Virus record (IMG/VR): IMGVR_UViG_3300030329_004361 | Coordinates: 1 to 42,784 of that record | Length of the DNA: 42,784 bases | DNA from: a virus | Lineage: Duplodnaviria; Caudoviricetes | Strand: one strand, 5' to 3' | In this document: positions 36,701-42,784 of the stretch, one piece after another | Layout of the letters: each line of letters opens with the position of its first letter | Numbering within the stretch: position 1 is the stretch's first letter | Position numbers and translations under genes: made by a program | Notes under the pieces: model-generated | What the model was told of the DNA's origin: nothing | Seen by the model: only the letters and a program-made list of their open reading frames with translations | Database searches by the model: none

Positions 36701-39700
36701 CGGCGTGGCGTACACGCCGAACATGCTGCTGTATATTCTGCCAGCGGCCTTGAACTCATCGGTAGTGACGGCGGCTCTCTCCTGCTGACGCCACAGCGCC
36801 GCCTTCAACACATTCTCCATCAAGGCATCTGTCTTTTCCTCTGTATTTCCCGTGTATTCTTCAAGCCACTTGCTGTCTTTCTCTTTAGCCCTTGCTTTTG
36901 CCCATCTCAACAGGGAGTTGTAGTATTTTTTCCCTTCCTTGTCTAAGTCTTTTTTCGTGCCGGTAACCTCTCGCCCCTCGATTCCCCGACCCTTCAGTTC
37001 CTTGTTGTATATGTTTGACGTTGCGGTCGAGGTAAAGACGCTACCGTTTTTGGCATTCAACGCAACTGCGTAGCGGACAATGTTGCTTCCCACAAATTCC
37101 TCGTCGGACATACCTTTGATGACTGACGCTTTCTCTGTTTGCACGCCTTTGCCCAAGTACCTCGCGACGTTGGCAGGATCTATCACACTGACAAAACTCG
37201 GCAGCGTTTTGTTCTTTTGCTTCTTCGTCTCAGTGGAGTTCTCCCTTGCCAATTTGACGTTTCTCGAAAGAAGAGTTCCTCTGAGCCTTCCAATCGTCCG
37301 AGACCACCACAAGTCCATCGTCAACGTGTCGAACCGTTGGTTCAGGTTATTGAAGAAACTCCCCAGTTTGGGACCGATCATCGACGCGGCAGGAACCTCC
37401 GTGTCTACAAGCTCGCTTTTGATGTCGAACCCAAGTTCCTGATTCATGTACTTGACTTTGAACTTCGCCGCGAGGAATTTATCTGTCGCCTCCCACCCAT
37501 AGGTATCTATGAGGTCCAAGGCTTCTTTCATCTTTTCGGGAAGGTCGCCCCTCTTGAACTTCCCTTTGATCCCCCCTGAGTCCCGCCATATTGCATAGGA
37601 GTTGATGGCGTTTCGGAAGTTGGCACCGACCTTTTCGCCGTCGCTCGTTATGGCGAGCATCAGCTTGAAGACCAAGCGTGCCTCGCCAGTGGTCTTGCCG
37701 TTGGGGAGAATCTCGTCCGTAATGACAATCCCCGCCTTCTTGGCGGCTGGGTCTGTGTTATATGTGTACGCAAGCTCGGGGAAGATGAATGAAAGCTCGT
37801 CGAGCGCCTCTTCAATTATTCTTCCGTACCAGCCAATGGCCTTGTCCCTATCTTCTTTTGTGATGTCCGACTCAAAAGCGACTGCGCCCTCCGCCGCCAT
37901 CGCCTCCGCCAGCAATTCCTTCTCGTCGGCGGACAAATCCCGAACTTTTGCCCCCGGGATTGGGAGAGGAGCAAATCCCGTCTTCTCCATGTTCGATCTG
38001 ATTTCATTCTCAAGCCATGACGCAGCCTCGAACACGACAACCGTGTCGGAGTCTTTCTGGGCCTCGCTCCTCACTGCTTTTATCACTGGGATCTTGCGGT
38101 TCTTTAGAGACGCGCGATCCTTCCACCTCCCGTCGAGGATGCTCTTGACCAAATCTATCTGTCGCGTGACATACGCCTTCCGCTGATCCTCGCTGATCGT
38201 CTGCAACTTCACGCCTTCGGCTCCGCCTTCACCCGGCTCCCGTGCCGTCTCTATGAGGCGGGGCAGGTCGCGGAAGATCCGTCTCGCCTCACGCGAGTCG
38301 AAGTTGAGGAACAGCCTGTCGGCGAGGTTACGCCAGAAGTCTGCGAACTTGCGGAAGATTGGATTCTTCGCCTGCGAAAGACCATAAGCCTGATACGCCT
38401 CGGCTACCGTTTCCTCCGCGTCCCTTGAATACCGTCCAGTCTGTGGGTCTCGCGATTCTCCGGGGGCGTACTTGCGGAACAGGTAGTCCTGCTCACTCTT
38501 GGTAAGAACCAGATCCATCGCGAGGTGGAAGACCTCATGCGGGATCGTGGTCAAGTCGCTCACGCCGGTGAGTAGGATGATGCTCTCGGCATCTATCTCC
38601 TTGCCGCCCACATTCAACTTCGCCCCGACCAAGTCTTCTTGACCAAGGTAAACCCCAGCGCCCATAAGATCCGGTCTGTCCTCCGGCGTGAACGCGCCGA
38701 ATGTTCTCTTCGTCAACGGCTCGCGGACCCTAGCAATGCGGACCTTCTTGCCAGCGACCTCTACCTCTACCTCGCTGCCCTCCGACCCGGGGACTACCTT
38801 TACCTCCGCGCCCCGGAACATCCTCCTGATCATGTTCACTTCGTTCTTGGAGAAGCGATCTCTTGTCAGTTCCGTTCCGATCACGCCTTCCTTGCCCGGC
38901 TTGCCTGCCGTGCCAAGGATCTGCTTGTTGCTCAGGACGAGGCGGTCCCGAGTTGCACGGTGCTTCTTCGCTTGTTCCTCCGACACGCCCTTCTCAAGAA
39001 GCTGATCAACGAGAACGATCTGGGCCTCGTTCTTCAGAAGCTGGTCAACCTGAGCCTCTGTAATATCAGGGACTCCCTGAATCCTGGCCTTGATTCTCCT
39101 CGCTGCCTCCAGCCTGACACGGGCGTCAGCACGGTCCTGCTGCTCCAGCGCCGAGATGAGGCTGTCGATTCTCCGGTGTCCGGCGCTGCGGGGCGTCGGT
39201 GCCGGTGCCGGTGTCGTGGCCTGCTGCTGCCTGCCCGGCGAGAGGATGTCGCCAAGGCGGGAGACGGCCTCGTCCCTTGTCTCGCCAAGGGGGGCGGCTC
39301 TCATCTCCGCCTCAATCAACTTGTCCACGGCGGCGATGTCGTTTACCAGCGACTCAATATGAAGACCTTCTTGGTGCGGTCTGCCCTCGAAGGGAGCCTC
39401 TATAGCTTTAGGATCACTCTCGATGTCCTCAAGCTGTGACTGGAGTTCGGCCCTTTGTGCTCGCAGGTCTGCGAGAGCCTCGGACTCTTCGGCTGCTTCC
39501 TCCTGAACCCCGGTCTCTGCGTTTACGATATTGCCTTCCGCATCAACCCTGTACCACTTCCCGTCAATCCTCTGCACCTGCGCCATGCTGTCACCAGCGG
39601 TGACCGTGATTCGCGTTGGCTTCCCCTTGGTTCTCTCGGTAGTAACTACTACCTCCGGCGGCGGCTCCGGCTTCTGATCTTCCTCTTCCACCTCTGCCTC

Positions 39701-42187
39701 TGCCTCTGTGGCAGAAAGTTGCGCGTTCAGGCTTTCTAGCTTTTCATTCGCGGCATTGATTTCCAGTCCAAGGTTTTCTATTGCCTCGTCAATCTCTGCC
39801 GTGTCGGCACCCGGCGTCTCTTCGAGAGCCTCCCCTCGCTGCATCTCTAACTCAGATACTTCCTCCTGTAGCTGGTCTCTCGCATCTTCCTCCTCTTGTA
39901 TTTCGTCAAGCAACGATTCGGTGGTAACGGCTGGCGATTCCTGCTCGACCTCCCGAACATCTTGTTGCTCGACCTCCCTCGCAGCCAGATCGTGGAGACT
40001 GTCGAACTTCTCGGTCGCTTCAGACGCCTCCTTAGTATCGGTCCAGCTTCCATCCGCTTGGATGTGAAAGACAACGCCGTCCTCTCCCGTGATCTCGGTG
40101 ACCTCGTCCTCCATCTCGGCGAGCCACTGGCTTCTGCGAAGCGACTCCTTTATGACAACTTCTTCTTCGCTTAGTTCGCCATTCTCAAGAGCCTCCGCGT
40201 CCTCCTGCCGAAGTGGTGCAGCGAATGCGTTGTATTCCTCGTCCTGCTTCTTGACCTCATCCCAAGTGGTTTGCCCGCCCGGGGCGCTGATCTCTCCGAG
40301 GATCTTGCTGCCGCCCTTGGTGAGGATCTTCTTGCCCATGGGGACGACGGAGAACGCTACGCCCATCTCAAGGATCTGGGTCCATGTGAAGTCTTGGAAC
40401 TCTTCGATGCCGAGACCGGCGTTGATCGCCATGTCGGCATACTCTTCAAGAATCTCCTCAAGTGGTCCGTGGATGCCAGCCATCGCCATGAGCTTTGAAT
40501 ACCTAGCACGACCGGCGGACGTGGGGTTCAGTTCAAAGAACTTCCTCATCACACCAGCCTTGAAGGCACGCTGGGCCGGGGCGCTCGTTATTCCGCCGAG
40601 TCTCATAGCGGTCGGAGATTTTGAAAGTATCGACCACGCCCCACGCTTCAGCAACGGCATGCCAATGCCGCCAAGCTGTTCGGAAAAGTTCGCGGTCATC
40701 GACCTGATGATGCCGTTAGTTACGTTCTCCATGAACGTATCGGGATCGTCAGGGTCTGCGTGCATCACCGCCAGCTTCCCTGCCTCGTCCTTGTCGAACC
40801 CGTAGTCGTCTTCAAATTCCGAGGCAATCATCCTCGCGGTCATGGCGGGATTGGTCACGACCATCAAGCCGCTTCTTCCAACAGCGGAACCCAGCTTTCC
40901 TCCGGTCTGAGCCGCTAGTCTCCTGCCAACGCCGGGTATTCTTGTCGCCTGTGAAATACCGGCGACATTCTTTGCCGCTGCACCAGAAGCCGTGGCCTTT
41001 CGGAACGCTTTCAGCAACCTCTTGCGTGCGGAACGGGTCAGCAGTTTCAGCCCCTTCCGGCCAGCCATTGAAGCAGCAGTTGCTATGGGGGCAGCTATGG
41101 TTTTAGCACCGGCAAATGCCACTGCGAACTCAACGCCCATGCCGGGGATTGTGCTCATCAACTCGGCGGAGTTTTCCAGCCAAGACCTGTTCTCTTTCAG
41201 TTGCCCGACGCGAACGAATCTCGCGAATATGTCGTAGTCTTCCTCGTCCGCCGTGCCGTTCATTATGTTGAGGCCAGCCTTGGCAATGAACCCCGACTTC
41301 GTCGCAGCGGCACCGCCTGCAAGCCACGGGACTCCGGCGGCGATCGCCTCGTAGGGGAACCACCCTCCCCACATCTTGCCCCAACTGGTCAGGTCTCCGC
41401 CCTTGACCTCCTCCTCTATCCTCCTGAACGCAGCGGCCATCTCCGGTGTCTTGAACATCTGCTCCAGAACCTCGTCTGGAGTCTCCATCAACATCTTCGC
41501 CCACGAATCCTCCGGCGGCTCCTCGGTCGGGGCTGATGGATCGCCATCGTCGGCGCGACGAATCGCGCCACGGTTTGCTACAACCGCAATCTCCGCGTCG
41601 GAAAGCGGTCGCATCATTTGCTCGTAGATGCTGGGTTCCCTTTCCTTCGACTCGTCCGCCAAGGCGGCGAAAGGACTTGGGGAACCTGACGGCTGGGGAA
41701 GAAAATGAGCAGCCTCGCCGTGGTTGCGGGCGATCCACTGCTCGGCTTCCTCTGTTGTCGAGAACGACGGGAACATGTTTGGCCCGACACGCTTCGCGTT
41801 GTCGATAGCCTCGTCGATCGACCTCTGCTCCCCGTGCCACATGGTGGGGATGACACGCTCCACGCCATCCATGTTGACCGAGGTCAACCGCACGTTGCTT
41901 ACCGTGCCGTCCTCGTTCTGAACGAATGGGTACGGCTGGTACACTCCCTCTACAGGAGGCGGAGGCTGGGCCGGTGCCGCCATCGGGGAGGAGCCTATTG
42001 GGGGCGTGGAAATAGGGGGCGGCAACTGGACCGGAGGCGGAGGCGACAACGGTCCACCGACATCCAACGGGTTGATCTCCGGCACTGGCGGGAGAGTCGC
42101 CGTCATGGAGTCGAGCACCGATGGCGGCGATACAGGCAAAGACAGTGCCTGACTGTCGTCAATAATGTTTCTGCCAGTCGTTGCCAT
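30689..42187 (-). CDS. Giant polyvalent virion/ejection protein (zincin, HhH-GPD-like, GNAT-like, ART-PolyVal-like domains)
   Basis: 3832 aa. Motifs: HEVFH...EETVAE; IGPKLG...TMDLWWSR; LDGYD..FLPTLYGNHGF; VYHGT...FYFS...AKDYA...NPSQIKSA; and a helical C-terminal 'PFFTTPWNI' region. Confidence 0.85.
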   Translation of the reverse strand: MATTGRNIIDDSQALSLPVSPPSVLDSMTATLPPVPEINPLDVGGPLSPPPPVQLPPPISTPPIGSSPMAAPAQPPPPVEGVYQPYPFVQNEDGTVSNVRLTSVNMDGVERVIPTMWHGEQRSIDEAIDNAKRVGPNMFPSFSTTEEAEQWIARNHGEAAHFLPQPSGSPSPFAALADESKEREPSIYEQMMRPLSDAEIAVVANRGAIRRADDGDPSAPTEEPPEDSWAKMLMETPDEVLEQMFKTPEMAAAFRRIEEEVKGGDLTSWGKMWGGWFPYEAIAAGVPWLAGGAAATKSGFIAKAGLNIMNGTADEEDYDIFARFVRVGQLKENRSWLENSAELMSTIPGMGVEFAVAFAGAKTIAAPIATAASMAGRKGLKLLTRSARKRLLKAFRKATASGAAAKNVAGISQATRIPGVGRRLAAQTGGKLGSAVGRSGLMVVTNPAMTARMIASEFEDDYGFDKDEAGKLAVMHADPDDPDTFMENVTNGIIRSMTANFSEQLGGIGMPLLKRGAWSILSKSPTAMRLGGITSAPAQRAFKAGVMRKFFELNPTSAGRARYSKLMAMAGIHGPLEEILEEYADMAINAGLGIEEFQDFTWTQILEMGVAFSVVPMGKKILTKGGSKILGEISAPGGQTTWDEVKKQDEEYNAFAAPLRQEDAEALENGELSEEEVVIKESLRRSQWLAEMEDEVTEITGEDGVVFHIQADGSWTDTKEASEATEKFDSLHDLAAREVEQQDVREVEQESPAVTTESLLDEIQEEEDARDQLQEEVSELEMQRGEALEETPGADTAEIDEAIENLGLEINAANEKLESLNAQLSATEAEAEVEEEDQKPEPPPEVVVTTERTKGKPTRITVTAGDSMAQVQRIDGKWYRVDAEGNIVNAETGVQEEAAEESEALADLRAQRAELQSQLEDIESDPKAIEAPFEGRPHQEGLHIESLVNDIAAVDKLIEAEMRAAPLGETRDEAVSRLGDILSPGRQQQATTPAPAPTPRSAGHRRIDSLISALEQQDRADARVRLEAARRIKARIQGVPDITEAQVDQLLKNEAQIVLVDQLLEKGVSEEQAKKHRATRDRLVLSNKQILGTAGKPGKEGVIGTELTRDRFSKNEVNMIRRMFRGAEVKVVPGSEGSEVEVEVAGKKVRIARVREPLTKRTFGAFTPEDRPDLMGAGVYLGQEDLVGAKLNVGGKEIDAESIILLTGVSDLTTIPHEVFHLAMDLVLTKSEQDYLFRKYAPGESRDPQTGRYSRDAEETVAEAYQAYGLSQAKNPIFRKFADFWRNLADRLFLNFDSREARRIFRDLPRLIETAREPGEGGAEGVKLQTISEDQRKAYVTRQIDLVKSILDGRWKDRASLKNRKIPVIKAVRSEAQKDSDTVVVFEAASWLENEIRSNMEKTGFAPLPIPGAKVRDLSADEKELLAEAMAAEGAVAFESDITKEDRDKAIGWYGRIIEEALDELSFIFPELAYTYNTDPAAKKAGIVITDEILPNGKTTGEARLVFKLMLAITSDGEKVGANFRNAINSYAIWRDSGGIKGKFKRGDLPEKMKEALDLIDTYGWEATDKFLAAKFKVKYMNQELGFDIKSELVDTEVPAASMIGPKLGSFFNNLNQRFDTLTMDLWWSRTIGRLRGTLLSRNVKLARENSTETKKQKNKTLPSFVSVIDPANVARYLGKGVQTEKASVIKGMSDEEFVGSNIVRYAVALNAKNGSVFTSTATSNIYNKELKGRGIEGREVTGTKKDLDKEGKKYYNSLLRWAKARAKEKDSKWLEEYTGNTEEKTDALMENVLKAALWRQQERAAVTTDEFKAAGRIYSSMFGVYATPKNGNDRVQQREITAKAIDKFSEEHAEDIKAIYGTKKGAPTKITMADFQAMMWYHEKQLWTNLGVKGTGITTSEGEDSSEETEKDLDYGTAARAVTTEYKEGVLELQGKKDKSGAFTKPRKRIASDAKPKRPAKGVRRKLRAGVAEEGDGAVDRGRITDENIRAKLEQLEKVENEALEKEIKTRAGMGPTPLSKRVGGVGTSKLNDVVRVAGSAVHDDESDVLRPPTAEEMRASVREFQENRAKGAEENPETAVGLPAAKARATLEKQEPRNVRTAKFQAAERRTREAGLTRFERDRAAISTEGAVEDEGRVAENTPREDEVVGGRVDPTVRGRQFRDGIAATARDHPLGAAVEVKDLDFYQDPDNHLYLTKDLLSGVAVTDGGDLVSVFKHPDSKANINLLLNEAGKSSNTLDGYDIDGFLPTLYGNHGFRPAAILTWNDEYAPPNWPYDLAGKPNIVLMVRDVDGLTGLPEVPARKDGGFASIREQIPVFDDYGDADTHRSVEGEAAFRDAEGKWNPEAARFQEAQRPPAFKHKQGTLTFDNPEDEGFASDVPAYSVRRGATPKKTVTRYKAFRIVEGHLRPLYVGAKDNIPMGVWLDAKQGGGAYETLGERQYVLGETGQSRSLSTFTPESIKRLRKAGIKGRTAKFLAFRPGWHTGTLPFNPQGAGEVVTPSKTSPWKYKLYKNVVFAEVEVAADKNYQEEYERTAKRTGKGDINPRESGLRDVPVDGYYDYDTNTTTAEAPGTWSIAGSLKVKRLLTHEEANKILRSKKVRPQLRVDGGKFVKENRDAVAEKSDARQYKLTDPVTKDDEGKRIPAKKRGSGKHDPRFQPVPAAVNRRYMELARDPEANRDELQKMVDDAAEAAGYNVGPVYHGTKQKFHTFEHRRDPSDLFYFSFSEDFAKDYARGTGGHRVPPPEIARRISKVKEESSIHTDRLFEQDAKKHGKFDVKKPGAMGRYENIFKKRDAFERRRLDGMTVGEAEMEMGINIVNAHIKAPKLFDPRKHWREYLPLLEDVVGEQENNWSSQVRDAVENGGYLIWEARAVVDAVLEDYDGMIIQETLGKPPNTVAVRNPSQIKSAEPVTRDDAGNVIPLSERFDPSTEDTRFQQITPAEWRKVMERRAKRRDRGERRAEDADLAEALFTPESVESLRAVDEIRASAGYQGRKVSESDQAVRERAEQFLEDATTDETKQAKVDELIKKVERGEDLEPWETWAARKLLEAKSWNALIEHQKFGRDTDSEKAVEEALRMWSGYRDTGEQWSQAGRMRQDQEKNPSIANRKAALDALLAFTVPEKNKLRKLKKILRANPDGSVAHEHAKKRIDEVLESAKKRVLGLKKKLKAAGVDLASAKNNWKDPRFVSNVINQISIADSTYFDKQFEFFRSGLMSGTGTVLRNVVGNTLNATWELTAQRFTSAFLNTVTPGSRAGGATFGEFKHIIKGLIQSMPEAIENFRESWAMERVVFSDEVGSATDRFGSARLELTGKGRRGPKIAGRRGRAWRWSQRMALSMDQFFQTAIATQHAQVMAHRIALREKKQGQAMTNRMIELTSDKQSEAWVAAYDEALRLTYQEKLDPVGEFLLKGRGLIPGIRYKLPFFTTPWNIARVAGKKTPIGSLRLAWKLGRLGRAKMGWDSTYDYHTMNNLGSVSTRQAVVEDVAEQLIAWTIFMSMVAYAEGPDEEDGLPNITGSAEKHSSKRGEQYRVAAPYTIRVPFTNERISYQGFSPLDISLATMVDAVDAIKEAKNDKATMAALADGLKSAVNLFSDQSSMRGFKDIITLLTEPTESGVMRFLTDTGVAFVPNIVRQASRESDPFYREYRTGGEIGTGEWWTSGMTMLGKKALPLAQLAPSPKVELWGRDVKRGDWVGNPVGDWLLKMSIASMTRIYNYDPSDAHKLNTMIRIWNVTNPNDGLYPTQPKKNFKRDGESYVMSDPEYHRFLKLAGEYALERASGWGFDYENPTERDIERIKKFIRRGRSRAKDTIIRERRDREDKAVDRAG

Positions 42188-42206
42188 GATTGGTTTCTGT
42201 TTTTAT

Positions 42207-42683
42207 CTAGCGGTTGCTGTATGCCCTTGTCCGCCCAACAGGAGGTTGAATCGGACCCGTCTTGTTACGGACAGTTACGAAGGAAAAAGGCTTGGCGGGA
42301 AGTTTACGCACATCCCTCTTGGGTCTCCGCGTTGTCACCCCCATAAACTTCTCCCACTCCTTCCTCCTCTCCCTGAGCCGTCTCATGTTCGGACCCTGCC
42401 CCCTTCCGCCTCTCTCCCTGATGGCGTCTTCCTCCCTGTCCCAATCTTCAGGCGTTTGCGTAAACGCCCACTTCTCGTAGTCATATTTCTTTCGTAGAGC
42501 AGCCAGCTTTTTCCCCATACTTCGCCCGCCTTCCGCCCGAATAGCTTGCGCCTGCTTCTCCCATTCGGCGTTTGGCGTCGGCGTCCTCGGACCTGACGGA
42601 GCTTCCGCCGCAGTTTCTTCAGCAGCAGGTTTGACAGGAGGTTCGACAGGAGCGGATGCGGTAACCGCCTCACCCGGCTTCGC
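42207..42683 (-). CDS. C-terminal part of the junction-spanning ejection-type protein
   Basis: In frame with 1659-1 after removing the terminal overlap (...ERQGR|AKPGEAV...MGKKLAAL...). Confidence 0.8.
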   Translation of the reverse strand, partial: AKPGEAVTASAPVEPPVKPAAEETAAEAPSGPRTPTPNAEWEKQAQAIRAEGGRSMGKKLAALRKKYDYEKWAFTQTPEDWDREEDAIRERGGRGQGPNMRRLRERRKEWEKFMGVTTRRPKRDVRKLPAKPFSFVTVRNKTGPIQPPVGRTRAYSNR

Positions 42684-42781
42684 CCGTCCTTGGCGCTCTA
42701 ATCTCTTCCTTCTCGCCTCGGCGATGATGTCGTCTCTTGCATCTATGGCGGCGTCAAATTCCTTCTGCTTGTCAACCGGCT
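42684..42781. repeat. Terminal direct repeat, copy 2
   Basis: Identical to 1-98. Confidence 0.95.
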
Positions 42782-42784
42782 CGT

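Noticed and set aside
30689-42187. Virion RNA polymerase (N4- or crAss-like) as the identity of the giant gene
   Set aside because: I found no DxDGD or T7-like polymerase motifs, and the early promoters are host sigma70-type.
42684-42784. Biological terminal repeat of the virion DNA
   Set aside because: About 100 nt long and in the middle of a gene, so better explained as assembler overlap of a circular contig.

Overview
An apparently complete, circularly permuted ~42.7 kb dsDNA tailed-phage genome. The first 98 nt are repeated at 42684-42781, and one gene reads in frame across that junction. Most genes lie on the minus strand: an i-type-lysozyme-like endolysin, terminase small and large subunits, HNH, portal, scaffold, major capsid, head and tail proteins, a 711-aa ejection-type protein, and a 3832-aa polyvalent protein. 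The polyvalent protein has a zincin HExxH, HhH-GPD-like, GNAT-like and ART-PolyVal-like domains separated by repeated [KR]FQ motifs. An SSB / DUF1376-type initiator / PD-(D/E)xK nuclease module follows under its own promoter. The plus strand (22.35-27.8 kb) carries the most unusual region. It has a sigma70-type promoter, a ~320-nt structured ORF-free leader, and then small genes separated by a conserved, covarying double-hairpin/RBS element (7 copies of the main hairpin). The operon also encodes a catalytic-domain-only tyrosine recombinase, so the layout is cassette-array-like. A non-coding region (21.1-22.3 kb) and two other intergenic spots hold several unrelated helically phased iteron-like repeat families. 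No tRNA, CRISPR array, DNA polymerase, primase/helicase or cI-type repressor was recognised. All calls come from motif reading by eye; no database searches were run.
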